A stretch of 64,000 bases of DNA from positions 1-64,000 of the IMG/VR virus record IMGVR_UViG_3300018068_000002, one strand, 5' to 3'. The position numbers and the translations under genes were made by a program. The notes beneath the pieces are model-generated. The model did not search any database. It was not told where the DNA came from and saw only the letters and a list, made by a program, of their open reading frames with translations. Each line of letters begins with the position of its first letter. Position 1 is the first letter of the stretch. Origin of the DNA: a virus (lineage: Duplodnaviria > Caudoviricetes). Of this stretch, positions 1-10,813 are shown one piece after another.

Positions 1-1132
1 GATATTGATACGGATTTTCAAGCAACAAAAAAAGATCGTATTATCTCTGATATTACAAAATTCTTTGAAGATATTGGTGGTAATGTTGTTCGTATTGCTA
101 CTTTTGGAACAGAAACAAGTAAGGCGGCAATTCATTCAGCTTGTCGAGGGTTGGGGTATGACCAAGAAACAGGAATGTATTTATCTTCACTCATTCCAGT
201 TGATAGAGGTCAGGTTCGTTCTCTTGACAAATGTTATAATGGTGATGATGAAAAAGATCCTGTTACTCAGTTTGTAACAGAAATGAAAAATTATAAAGAT
301 GTGTGGGAAGTTGCAAGAAATATTGAAGGACTTATTAGTCGTCGCGGCAGCCATGCTTCTGGGATACTTATTACTAATGATGATTTCACAAATCGTAATT
401 GTTTTATGCGTGCTCCAAATGGTGTATTAACATCTCAATTTGATCTTAAAGATAGTGAATATATGGGTGGTCTTAAATATGATCTACTTGTTACTGATGC
501 TCTTGATCGTATTTCAGTTGCTCTAAATCTTCTTAAATTATATGGTTATATTGAATGGAAAGATAATTTACATGAAACATATAATTATTATTTAAATCCA
601 ACAAAATTAGATTATAAAACAGAACAAATGTGGCAAATGGCCGCATCTGGAAAAGTTTTTAATTTGTTTCAATTTGATACAATAGTCGGTGGTCAAGCAA
701 TTCGTGCAATTCAACCTAGATCTCTATTAGAATTAGGACAAGCAAATAGTCTTATGAGACTTATGCCGGAAGGAAGAGATGAAACTCCAGTTCAAGAATT
801 TGTAAAGTATAAGAATGACATGGATTTATTCTTTGATGAAATAAATTCTTTACCAGGTCCAGAAAATCAAAAACAAGCACTTATAAAACATCTTGAACCA
901 CTTAAAGGTGTTGCAGATAGTCAAGAAAGTTTAATGATGTTGGTTATGGATAAGGAACTAACTAATTTTTCAGTTCCAGATGCTAACTTCTTACGTAAAA
1001 CAATCTCTAAAAAACTAACTAGAGATGTTGATAAGTTGCGTGAATTCCTTTATAAAAAAGGAGAAGAGAATAAAGTTTCTAAAGCAATTATAAATTATAT
1101 TTGGAATGTACAAGCCGCAAGGCAAATGGGGT
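1..1132 (+). CDS. dnaE: DNA polymerase III alpha subunit, exon 1 (5' truncated by window)
   Basis: Frame 1 is open from base 1 and begins DIDTDF (PolIII catalytic PDIDxDF). It contains RRGSHASGILI, LKYDLL and FQFDT, and ends ...RQMG+T at the intron. Confidence 0.93.
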
Positions 1133-2193
1133 GAGTAACGATTGCCCAGTAACTTTTTTACCGTTAGCTAACGGGGTCTACATAAAGTAGGCTAACGAGG
1201 AACCCTAAGCTATATAGTATGGGAATCTCGTGGGAAGATTTTTTTGGAGGAATAAAATGTATTACATTTATTGTTATACAAATAGGCTAAATAATAAAAA
1301 ATATGTTGGAAAAACAAATAATATAGATAGAAGAAAAATAGAGCATTTGAGCAATGCTTTTAATAAAAAAAGTAAAGATTATAACTTACTTTTTCATCAA
1401 AAAATTAGACAATATGGAATAGAAAATTTTAATTTTGAAATACTAAATAAAACTGAAAACAAAAAAGAGATAAATGATTTAGAAATTTTTTGGATAAGAG
1501 AATTAAAATGTTTTATAAAAGAAAATCAAGGATACAATTTAACAATAGGCGGAGATGGTAATTCTTGTTCAAAACTTTCTGAGACAGAAATTCTTAAAAT
1601 AAAAGAATTAATAACTTCAGGAATTGAATATAATTTAATAGTTGACCAATACAACATTAGTAAAACTTTCATTAGTAATATAAATTATGGAAAATTCTTT
1701 TTTAATGAAAATATAACATACCCTCTTTTCCAATATAGGTTTCATGAAAATAAATATTTAGAACTCTATAATTTATTGGTAAATACAAAATTAACATTTA
1801 CTGAAATATCAAAAGAATTAAGTATAAGTTATGCCACAATTAAAAAATATAATTTAGGTCTTTTAAGAAAAAATGAAAATTATAATTATCCAATTAGAAA
1901 ACTTTCATCAGCTCAAATGAAAGCAGAAGAAGTAAAAAATTTATTGCTCAATTCTAATCTTAGCCTTTTAGAAATTGAAAAAAAGTGTAAAGTGTCTAGT
2001 AAAACAGTTAAAAGAATAAACTGTGGAGAAAGTCATAATGATAAAACACTTTCCTATCCTTTAAAAAAATAACCTGTATCGACTATCTCCCCCAAAGGAG
2101 AGTAAGGTTGTTATTAGCACACAACTTGAAAAGGAAGTTCGGCATTTATGCCGTAAGAAATAGTCAGTTCTAATGGAAACATTAGAGAAAATG
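1133..2193 (+). mobile_element. Group I intron in dnaE
   Basis: Joining T1132 to A2194 gives GGG TAT TCG TTT AGT TTA CCT CAT = GYSFSLPH (equivalent of GY.FNKSH). The exon ends in U and the intron ends in G. Core elements: P4 ACGAG/CTCGT, R TATCGACTATC (~2077-2087), S AAGAAATAGTCAG (~2155-2167). Confidence 0.9.
1257..2072 (+). CDS. Intron-encoded GIY-YIG homing endonuclease
   Basis: N-terminal YIYCYTNRLNNKKYVGKT...RR..EH and GYN motifs, followed by repeated HTH-like DNA-binding segments. ATG 1257 follows GGAGG. Confidence 0.88.
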   Translation: MYYIYCYTNRLNNKKYVGKTNNIDRRKIEHLSNAFNKKSKDYNLLFHQKIRQYGIENFNFEILNKTENKKEINDLEIFWIRELKCFIKENQGYNLTIGGDGNSCSKLSETEILKIKELITSGIEYNLIVDQYNISKTFISNINYGKFFFNENITYPLFQYRFHENKYLELYNLLVNTKLTFTEISKELSISYATIKKYNLGLLRKNENYNYPIRKLSSAQMKAEEVKNLLLNSNLSLLEIEKKCKVSSKTVKRINCGESHNDKTLSYPLKK

Positions 2194-3644
2194 ATTCGTT
2201 TAGTTTACCTCATCTTATGGCATATAGTACAATTGCAGTTCAAGAAATGAATCTCGCATATCACTACCCAATTATCTTCTGGAATACTGCTTGTCTTATT
2301 GTAGATAGCGCGGGCATTGATGAAAATGAAAGTTTTGATGATGAAGAAGAGGATGAAGAAGTAGAAGCAATCCCAGATGAAGAAGATGATTCAATGGGAG
2401 ATGTACTTGATGGTCTTTTAGAAAAACCAAAAAAGAAAATAAAGAATGTAAATTATGGAAAAATTAGTTCAGCAATTGGAAAAATGATTGAAGCTGGAAT
2501 TGATGTAAGTTTACCAGATATTAATCGTTCTCATTTTACTTTCACTCCTGATGTAGAACAAAATACAATTATTTTTGGTCTTAAAGGAATTGCAAAAATT
2601 AATACAGATTTAGCAAAAGATATAATTAAAGGACGTCCATACAGTTCTCTTGATGATTTTCTTGAAAGAATAAAGATTAATAAAATTCCTACTATAAATC
2701 TTATAAAATCTGGAGCATTTGATAATCTTGAAAAGAAACCAAGAGAGAAAATAATAGAGTATTACATTGATAGTATTTCTGATAAAAAGAAAAAGTTAAC
2801 AATGGCTAATATTCCAATGTTGGATAAGTACGGAATCATTCCTATAGAATTTGATTTTGAAAGAAGATTATTTAACTATAATAAATACTTAAAAAAGAAT
2901 AAGGCTGGAGAATATTATAAGATTGATAAACTAGCTTTTGAATTTTATGAACAGAATTTTTCAATTGATAATTTATTATTTAAAGATGGAGATTACTTTA
3001 TTTCTCAAAAAGTATGGGATAAGATTTATGCCGTAAGGACAGATAAACTTAAAAACTACTTAAAGAATAGTGATGAAGTATTAAATAAATTAAACAACAT
3101 TTTATATCAAGAAGTGTATGATAAATATGCTAAAGGATCAATTAGTAAATGGGAAATGGACAGTGTTAATTTTTACTACCATGACCATGAAATGATAGAT
3201 GTAAATTTTGATAAATATGATATAAGAGATTTTTCAACACAAGGAGAAAATCCAATAATTCAAAAAATTATTAGTTTTAAAAATGGAAACAAAGTTCCAA
3301 TATATGAATTATGGAGAATTGCTGGAACAGTAATTGATAAAAATAAAATAAAACATACTGTTACAATATCTACTCCATTTGGCGTTGTTGATGTAAAAAT
3401 TTATAAATCACAATTTTCAAAGTATGATAAACAGATTGCTGAAAAGCAACCAGATGGAACTAAAAAGATAGTTGAAAGATCATGGTTTACTCGTGGAAAT
3501 AAATTAATGTTTACTGGTATTAGAAGGGAATCTAACTTTATTCCTAAAGTATACAAAAGTGGAGAATATCTATATCCAATTCAATTAATAGAAAATATAG
3601 AAGATAATGGGGATTTACATTTTAAACCAATGAGGGATGAATAA
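2194..3644 (+). CDS. dnaE: DNA polymerase III alpha subunit, exon 2
   Basis: HLMAYS, WNTACL, LPDINRS, IIFGLKGI, LIKSGAFD and a C-terminal OB-fold-like region. Contains an acidic insert (DDEEEDEE...). Confidence 0.92.
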
Positions 3645-3822
3645 TATGAAATGTTTTACGTGTAAAACAGAAATGAAGTGTACTAATGATGTTGTTTATG
3701 ATTTGAGAAGAATAGATTGGCTAATATGCCCAAAATGTGGATCTGTTTCTGAAATAATTTATGATATTAAAGATAATTTTATAACTGGAGTAACTTGGTA
3801 TAGAGATGGTCCAGTGAGGTAA
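3637..3822 (+). CDS. Small zinc-ribbon protein
   Basis: CxxC (CFTC) ... CxxC (CPKC); overlaps the dnaE stop. Confidence 0.7.
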   Translation: MNNMKCFTCKTEMKCTNDVVYDLRRIDWLICPKCGSVSEIIYDIKDNFITGVTWYRDGPVR

Positions 3823-3824
3823 AT

Positions 3825-4913
3825 ATGGCAATAGGAGTTTATGATTACGACCTTCTTTTAAATAGAAAAAAACTATTTTTAAATTTAGAAGCTATGAAAA
3901 TAGCATCATATTATAATAAGAAAAAAGAAAACATTGTTTTAGTTGATAATTGTAAAAGAGCAAATGATTTTGAAGAATTTTTTGTTTTTAGAAATACAAT
4001 GCCAAGAAATTCTAGAAATACAGAAGATAGAACTCCCAAATTTTATCCAGGTGAAAATATAAAACATGTTGGATTAGCTTATAGTGGAGGGATTTATTTA
4101 CCAATGGAAAAGAAGTTTGAAATAGAAAATCCTTTTCCATATCTTTATTCAGATTTTTTTAGAAAAAAATTAGATAGTAAAGAATTATCATTTCTTCAAA
4201 TAGAAAAAATATTAAATTCACATTTTATTCGATTGCGCGCGGGTGATCATGAATTAGATTTATTTAAATTAACTAGAAAAGAGTCAGCTTATTTATATGA
4301 TTATAAAATAGAACAAGTAACAGACTGGTATGAAAAACTGAAGTATATAAGAGAAAATTTAGTTAAAGATGCTAAATTACAAAAATTTAAAATTCAAAAT
4401 GGATTTGAATTTACATCATTTGAAAATATTAAAAAATTAAGTAAAATTCAAGGTTTTAAATCTGATGATGTTAACTTAATTTATCCTTGTTCTTATAAAG
4501 AGTTTAAAGATCAATTTATAGAAATTGCTCCTTGGGTTTCATCCAGAGATGGAATAAGGTATCATTATGGTGATAATATTAATTCATTAAATGATAGTGA
4601 AATTGTAAATGATTTATGTTTAGCAATAAATAAATATTTTTTTACTAAAAGTATTGGAAAAGCTTGTAGTTTTATAGTTAGTGAAAATTGTGAAAATTCT
4701 CATTTAAATAAATTACAAAAATCTTTTCAATATTGGACAGACTTGAGAATTGCAGATAAAACATTTATAGAATATGCAAAAGATAGACATAGAGGAAATT
4801 TTGAAGAATTATATAGTTTCATTTCTTCTACTCCCTATAAAAAACAATTTGATAGATTATCTAATATAACTAAAAATGAAGTAAAACATTCAGGGTGGTA
4901 TTATCATGTCTAG
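3825..4913 (+). CDS. Hypothetical protein; N-terminus resembles the NLxLMKxxxY domain that precedes radical-SAM domains
   Basis: 362-aa ORF in operon. Has LNLEAMKIASYY but no CxxxCxxC motif. Confidence 0.6.
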   Translation: MAIGVYDYDLLLNRKKLFLNLEAMKIASYYNKKKENIVLVDNCKRANDFEEFFVFRNTMPRNSRNTEDRTPKFYPGENIKHVGLAYSGGIYLPMEKKFEIENPFPYLYSDFFRKKLDSKELSFLQIEKILNSHFIRLRAGDHELDLFKLTRKESAYLYDYKIEQVTDWYEKLKYIRENLVKDAKLQKFKIQNGFEFTSFENIKKLSKIQGFKSDDVNLIYPCSYKEFKDQFIEIAPWVSSRDGIRYHYGDNINSLNDSEIVNDLCLAINKYFFTKSIGKACSFIVSENCENSHLNKLQKSFQYWTDLRIADKTFIEYAKDRHRGNFEELYSFISSTPYKKQFDRLSNITKNEVKHSGWYYHV

Positions 4914-5139
4914 TAATGAGATAGTAAGTGAAAGAAAGATAATAGAAGAACATTTCAAAAAGAATGTAAATATTACTACAGGACAATTAGTTGCAAGTGC
5001 AAAAATGGAATATGAGGAAAAAATGAAAGAACTTCAAAAAAAATGTCCTCATATTTGGGATAGTGGAGAGTATGCAATTCAAAAATTAAATAAAGGGAGT
5101 ATATGTGTAATTTGCAGAAAGAAATTTGACGCAGATTAA
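4906..5139 (+). CDS. Hypothetical protein with C-terminal CxH...CxxC
   Basis: Coupled ORF; CPHIW...CVIC. Confidence 0.65.
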   Translation: MSSNEIVSERKIIEEHFKKNVNITTGQLVASAKMEYEEKMKELQKKCPHIWDSGEYAIQKLNKGSICVICRKKFDAD

Positions 5140-5152
5140 ACCAGTGATAAAA

Positions 5153-5761
5153 ATGGAAATGATTAGTATTGAAGAACTCTTCCAAGCATTAATGGATGCT
5201 AAACCTACAACTTTTGATGATTATACTGAACTAAAAAAGTATAAAAATAGAGAACTTTATTTAGAAGGTGTTGATTCTGATAGTTGTAAAGAGCTTGTAA
5301 CATTAATTTTAGATTTTAATCGCGCAGATGCTGATATAGTTCAACATATGAGAAAACCAATTCTTTTATATATCAACTCTGGTGGGGGAAATGTAACAGA
5401 TGGATATGCGCTTATGGATGTAATTTTAATGTCAAAAACTCCAGTTCATACAATTTGTATTGGTTCAGCATATTCAATGGGAGGAATGGTTTTTTTAGCA
5501 GGTCATAAACGAATTATGTACCCAAGATCTTCAATAATGTTACATCAAGGAGCAGCCGAACTAAGAGGTGATATTGGAAAGCTAAAAGATGGAATGAAAT
5601 TTGTAGATAATTTGGTAAAAATTGGAGATGATTTCGTATTAGAAAGAACTAAAATTCCATTACCCTTGTATGAACAAAAACAATTTAATGATTGGTTTTT
5701 ATGCGCTAGTGAGTGTTTAGAATTAGGAATTACAGATGAAATTGCAACATCTCTTTATTGA
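5153..5761 (+). CDS. clpP: ClpP-family protease
   Basis: LYINSGGGNV, GSAYSMG (catalytic Ser), IMLHQ (catalytic His), DWFL.ASECLELGITDEI. Start 5153 preferred over TTG 5126. Confidence 0.88.
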   Translation: MEMISIEELFQALMDAKPTTFDDYTELKKYKNRELYLEGVDSDSCKELVTLILDFNRADADIVQHMRKPILLYINSGGGNVTDGYALMDVILMSKTPVHTICIGSAYSMGGMVFLAGHKRIMYPRSSIMLHQGAAELRGDIGKLKDGMKFVDNLVKIGDDFVLERTKIPLPLYEQKQFNDWFLCASECLELGITDEIATSLY

Positions 5762-5775
5762 GATTAGGAGGAATT

Positions 5776-6225
5776 TTGGATATAATAAATTGGCTTGGAG
5801 AAAATAATAAAATTGGTATTGATATTTGGGAACAAAAATATCGTTATAATAATGAAAGTTTTGATAATTGGTTAGATAGAATATCAAATGGAAATGAAGA
5901 AATTCGTAAACTTATTTTAGAAAAGAAATTTTTATTTGGCGGTCGCATTTTAAGCAATCGTGGACTTCATAAAATAGGTAAAAAGATAACATATTCTAAC
6001 TGTTTTAATTTAGGAGAGCCTGATGACACAATTGAAAGCATTTTTGATATTAATGGCAAGATGGCTCGGACATATGCTAGTGGCGGTGGTTGCGGGATCA
6101 ATCTTAGTAAGTTACGTCCTAGGGGGGCTACTGTTAATAATAATGCTCGTACCTCTACAGGTGTTATACCTTTTATGGATATGTATAGTAAAACTACTGA
6201 AACAATTGGTCAGGAAAACAGACGT
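5776..6225 (+). CDS. nrdJ: Class II (B12-dependent) ribonucleotide reductase, exon 1
   Basis: FLFGGRIL, SNCF, GGGCGINLSKLRPRG; ends GQENRR. TTG 5776 follows AGGAGG. Confidence 0.88.
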
Positions 6226-7192
6226 AAACTTGCTTAAAAAAATCACCGAAAATATATAGAGTAGGAGATAAACATGGATAAAGAAATTTTAGAAAAATAT
6301 ATTAGAGAAGGAAAGACTCAAAGAGAAATTGCTCCTTTAATGAATGTTAGTAAAAGTACTGTTGGATATTGGACACAAAAATATGGTTTTAGTAATTTGA
6401 CTCAAAAAGTAAAAATAGATTATAAAAATGAACTATTATTTAATAAGATAGATAGCCCTGAAGCGGCATATATTCTTGGTTATACTTTGGCAGATGGTTA
6501 TATTGATGAAAAAAGTATTCAATACAGATGTGCTATTAAAGATAAAGAAATTTTAAATTATATTTCATCTATTTTAGGTGGCAATGTAATTGAAGATTTA
6601 ACACTAAATAAATCTCAAAAAAAATTTCCAAATGCTACTTTAGGTATTCATAATAAAAATATTATTACCGATATTTTAAAACATGGGTCAAAAAAAGAAA
6701 ATAAACATATTCCAATAATTCCAAAACATTTAGAAAGATATTTATTGCTTGGTTTTTTTGATGGAGATGGTTGTATAACTTGGGGAAAAAGAATTGATAG
6801 AAACCGGATTTGGCAAAAAATATCTTTTACTGCTTCTTATAGTTTATTAGATGGAATTCAAAAAATTCTTGAGAAACAATGCGATATCTCTTCATCAATA
6901 AAACCAAAAGGTAAAGAAAAATGTTTTGTACTAGAATTTGCTAATAAAAAATCAGTATTAAAATTTCTTGATTTTATTTATCCAAAAAACGATGTTTTCT
7001 TAATTTTAAAAAGAAAATATGAAAAAGCAAATGCCCTGCGTCTTGAATTGGGTGAATTCGGTGAAGACCCACGAACACCGAGCGAAGCTACTGAAGAAAT
7101 AGCAGTAGAACGTGTAGAGACTAGCAGTTGAGGAAACAATAAGACTGCAATAGCGCCCGAGCACTAAAAGTGTAAGATATAGTCCATTAATG
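6226..7192 (+). mobile_element. Group I intron 1 in nrdJ
   Basis: Splicing T6225 to G7193 restores RR|GALM. Core elements: GGGTGAATTCGGTGAA, ACACCGAGCGAAG, TGTAGAGACTA (R), AAGATATAGTCC (S); terminal G. Confidence 0.9.
6274..7131 (+). CDS. Intron-encoded LAGLIDADG homing endonuclease with N-terminal HTH
   Basis: AAYILGYTLADGYI and YLLLGFFDGDGCI motifs. The 3' end of the ORF overlaps the intron core. Confidence 0.87.
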   Translation: MDKEILEKYIREGKTQREIAPLMNVSKSTVGYWTQKYGFSNLTQKVKIDYKNELLFNKIDSPEAAYILGYTLADGYIDEKSIQYRCAIKDKEILNYISSILGGNVIEDLTLNKSQKKFPNATLGIHNKNIITDILKHGSKKENKHIPIIPKHLERYLLLGFFDGDGCITWGKRIDRNRIWQKISFTASYSLLDGIQKILEKQCDISSSIKPKGKEKCFVLEFANKKSVLKFLDFIYPKNDVFLILKRKYEKANALRLELGEFGEDPRTPSEATEEIAVERVETSS

Positions 7193-7532
7193 GGGGCTTT
7201 AATGATAAGTCTTCCAATTGATCACCCAGATATTGAAGAATTTATTAGTTGTAAAGCAAATTTAAATAGTGTTTTAAAAGCTAATATTTCAGTTATGATT
7301 AGTGATAATTTTATGAAAGCAATTGAGAATGATGAACAATGGAATCTTGAGTTTATTGTAGAACAAACTGGGGAAATAATTATTAAAACTAGACGAGCTA
7401 GAGATATTTTTAAATCAATTGCAGAGCAAGCTTGGGACAATGCTGAACCTGGAGTTTTATTTAAAACTAGAATTGATAAATATAATTTAATGAGTGAAAT
7501 TGAAGAATATGAGATAACTGGAACTAATCCGT
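7193..7532 (+). CDS. nrdJ: nrdJ exon 2
   Basis: GALMISLPIDHPDIEEFI, ANISV, AWDNAEPG; ends TNP+T. Confidence 0.9.
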
Positions 7533-8501
7533 AAACTAAAATGCGGATGTAAAAATGGGTGAATTGCTGGAAACCCCTTAGAGCCTTAGATACCAAAGTG
7601 TAAAAATTCTAAGGATTGGGCAATCAGCAGCGAAGTCGCAAAAGCGAAACGTTCAACGACTAAGATTTTAAAAAATTTGAGGAGTTCAGTTTTACTGGAC
7701 TAAGGAGAAAATAATATGAAATTAAATCATACAGAATTAAAAAGTTTTTTCTACGGAACATTATTGGGAGACAGCTATATTTGTAATGGAGTATTTAGTT
7801 GTAAACAAATAACAAAAGATTTAGTATATTTTAAAGCAAAAATTATTAAAGATTATTTGCCAGATGCTAAAGTTTCAATATCAGAATTTGAAGGGTATAC
7901 TGATAAAAACGGTGTTAATCATCAAAAATATTATCAATTAAATGCTTCTGGCTCTGAATATATTAAAAAACTAAATCAATTGTTTTATCCAAAGGGAATC
8001 AAAATATATCCAACAGAAATTGTAAATCATTTAACTCCACTAGGTTTTGCAATGTGGTATGCAGATGATGGAACAACAATATTAGTTGGTAAAAATGAAG
8101 CAACAACAAGTGCTTCAAGTCGTAGAATTCAATTTTGTAGTGATGGTTTTACAAGAGAAGAAAACTTAGTCCTTCAAAAAGAAATGATAAATTTAGGTTT
8201 TGATTGTAAAATAATTGAAAGAGCAAGAAAAGACCAAACAAGAATTCAAATTTCTACTAAAGATGGACAAAAATTATTTTGTGAAATTGAAAGATATTTT
8301 AATTATTTTCCTGAGATGTTATATAAACTTGATATGGGGTATCGTTTAGAAAGTCTAAATAATAAAAGATATGTAAGTGAAGATTATAAAAATCTCTTTT
8401 TTAGAATTAGTGCCCATCCCCAATTTATTGATAGAATGATTGGGCGATGATATAGTCTAGACCACAACGAGAAATCGGCTTAGGAAACTAAGTGTGGTAG
8501 G
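7533..8501 (+). mobile_element. Group I intron 2 in nrdJ
   Basis: Splicing T7532 to G8502 restores catalytic TNP-C-GE. P1: exon AUCCGU pairs with intron GCGGAU (U.G at the site). P GAATTGCTGGAAACCCC, Q GGGCAATCAGCAG, R TTCAACGACTA, S ATGATATAGTCT. Confidence 0.93.
7716..8450 (+). CDS. Intron-encoded LAGLIDADG homing endonuclease
   Basis: FFYGTLLGDSYI and GFAMWYADDGT. Lies between R and S; the stop overlaps the S element. Confidence 0.85.
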   Translation: MKLNHTELKSFFYGTLLGDSYICNGVFSCKQITKDLVYFKAKIIKDYLPDAKVSISEFEGYTDKNGVNHQKYYQLNASGSEYIKKLNQLFYPKGIKIYPTEIVNHLTPLGFAMWYADDGTTILVGKNEATTSASSRRIQFCSDGFTREENLVLQKEMINLGFDCKIIERARKDQTRIQISTKDGQKLFCEIERYFNYFPEMLYKLDMGYRLESLNNKRYVSEDYKNLFFRISAHPQFIDRMIGR

Positions 8502-10060
8502 GTGGAGAAATACCAATGCCAAGTATGTCTGCTTGTTTATTGGGAAGTATAAACCTTTCTGAATATGTTATTAATCCATTCACTAAAGAAGTATATTTTG
8601 ACTATGACTCTTTAATAGAAGATATTATTATTTATGTAAGAGCATTAAATGAATGTCTTGAAGAAAATACTCCTTTTATGCCATTAAGAGAACAAGAAGA
8701 AGCTGCTCGAAAATATAGAGCAATTGGACTAGGTTATTTTGGTGTAGGAGATATGTTTATTAAAATGGGAAAGAGATATGGTTCTGAAGAATCAATTGAG
8801 ATTGCAGATAAAATCTCTAGTGAAGTAGCTACTGCGGCACTACTAGCAAGTGCTGAATTAGGAGAAGAATTTCCAATTCCAAAAATTATAATTGATAATA
8901 TGATAAAATTTTGGGGTAGTGATTTTTATAAAGAACATATTGACAAAGATATAAGAATTCTTCCAGTAAATACATCTTTACTCACTTGCGCGCCCACAGG
9001 AAGTCTTTCAACAATGCTTGGAGTTTCTGGTGGGATTGAACCAATTTTTTCACTAAAAATGTGGAGAAAAACAGAGTCACTTAATGGTGGAAAAGAAACC
9101 TATTATGAAATAGATGTTCCTGTTATTGATGAATGGAAAAGAATAAATAAAATTAAAGAAACTCCAGATTGGATTTTAAAATCAACAGCATTAGAACAAA
9201 ATATTTCAGAAAGAATACACATGCAAGCAGCATGGCAAAAACATATAGATAATGCTATCTCCTCAACAGTTAATCTTCCAGAAAAAACAACTGTAGAACA
9301 AGTTGAACAACTTTATACAGATGCTTGGAAAAATGGACTTAAAGGAATCACTATTTATAGAAGTGGATGTAAGCGTGGAGCTATTCTTACAGCAAAAAAA
9401 GAAGATTTAGAAACTCTCTCAAAAGAAGAAAAAGAAGATATAGTAGAAGAAATTAAAATGAAATGGGGAGAAATAATTCCCTGTTCTGATAATCTAATTG
9501 GACTCAAAAGAAAAATAATGACAGGTTGCGGCAGTCTCCACATTACTGCTCATTTTGATTGGGATGGTAATTTTAGAGAAATATTTCTTAATAAAGGTTC
9601 AGATGGTGGATGTAATGCATTTATGGTTGGTCTTTCAAGAAGTATGAGCCAAGAAGCTAGGGCTGGTATTCCTCTTGATAAAATAGTTCAACAACAATTT
9701 TCAGTTCCAGCTTGTCCATCATATGTTAGTAGAACAGCAACTAAACATGATACGAGTCGTGGTAAAAATTGTCCAAGTGCAATAGGTTATGCTTTATTAG
9801 AAATGCAAAAAGAAATAGATAGTATTTTTAAAAAAGATGAATTTAAAAGTACAATAGTTGGACATCAACCAAAAGGTATGAAAGAAGAACTCGTTGAAGC
9901 AAGAGAATTTGCTGAAACAACTCAATATGGAAAAACTGAACAACAATGTATTGATGAAGGTATTTGCCCATTATGTTATAAAAGAGGAGAAGTAGTAGAT
10001 CTTAAAGCCAGTGGTGGCTGTTATACTTGTGATAAATGTGGATTTACGAAATGTGATTAA
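8502..10060 (+). CDS. nrdJ: nrdJ exon 3 (catalytic C-terminal part, TSCPD-like domain and Zn ribbon)
   Basis: CGE, CLLGSINL, RAIGLG, CAPTGSLS, GIEP, IDNAISSTVN, KGITIYR, GCGSLHI; C-terminal CPLC...CDKCGFTKC. Spliced protein about 782 aa. Confidence 0.92.
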
Positions 10061-10338
10061 TGCAAAGTAAATTTGATGCAAAATATTATAGAGTTACTTT
10101 TACAGATTGGGATGGATTTAATATTCCTGCAAGTATTATACACTCTGCAATAAATAGACCAATGGTAAGGGAGGTAGATTTTATTATAGATGATTTAGAA
10201 TATGATGATTTGAGATTAGTTATGGTAATAGCTTATGCTTATGGTGCAGCTCCATCAGGAATTAAATTTAGATTAAGTATTCCAAGAAAATTAAATGTAG
10301 AACTCCCATTACCAATTGAGGTATTTATAAATGATTAA
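10060..10338 (+). CDS. Hypothetical protein
   Basis: Coupled ORF (TAATG overlap). Confidence 0.65.
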   Translation: MQSKFDAKYYRVTFTDWDGFNIPASIIHSAINRPMVREVDFIIDDLEYDDLRLVMVIAYAYGAAPSGIKFRLSIPRKLNVELPLPIEVFIND

Positions 10339-10379
10339 GTTTGAATATATTTTTGATTTAATTGGAGAGGAAGATAAAA

Positions 10380-10523
10380 GTGATAATTGAAAATATAGAA
10401 GATTTAATGTTGGTTATTGGAGATTTATATAAAAATAATAAAATTGAATCAGATGAATATGATGAAATAATTGATAATTTATACAATATAAAATTTATGT
10501 TGGAGGATAAAGGAGTATTATGA
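10380..10523 (+). CDS. Small hypothetical protein (47 aa, not in ORF track)
   Basis: GTG start after GGAGAGG; the stop overlaps the next ATG. Confidence 0.5.
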   Translation: MIIENIEDLMLVIGDLYKNNKIESDEYDEIIDNLYNIKFMLEDKGVL

Positions 10524-10813
10524 AATTTGTATATAAGATTGAATATCCACGAAAAGTGATTGCTATTGGACGTAGTGAACATGGAAAAGAATACCGTGGA
10601 GTAGCTATTTGCGCAGAAGGAGATACCTTTGATGTAAATAAAGGGAAACAGATTGCGCGAATGAAAGCAGAATTAAAACAATTGGAAAATATATTAAAAA
10701 CTTCAGAAAAAGTTGCAGATACATATTTTGAATATGGTAATCGTATGGCCAGACGTAGAATGAAAGCGCACCTTGCAATGAAAAAGATTGAAGAAAAATT
10801 AGGTGAGTTTTAA
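10520..10813 (+). CDS. Hypothetical phage protein
   Basis: GVAICAEGDTFDVNKGKQIA motif; RBS AAGGAG. Confidence 0.7.
   Translation: MKFVYKIEYPRKVIAIGRSEHGKEYRGVAICAEGDTFDVNKGKQIARMKAELKQLENILKTSEKVADTYFEYGNRMARRRMKAHLAMKKIEEKLGEF

Noticed and set aside
2330-2400. Acidic low-complexity insert in DnaE as a mobile insertion
   Set aside because: In frame, short, with no splicing or repeat signals; most simply a flexible linker.
1133-8501. Inteins or frameshift pseudogenes in dnaE/nrdJ
   Set aside because: The inserts contain in-frame stops, have group I core elements, U/G boundaries and exact motif restoration, and lack intein Cys/His-Asn ends.
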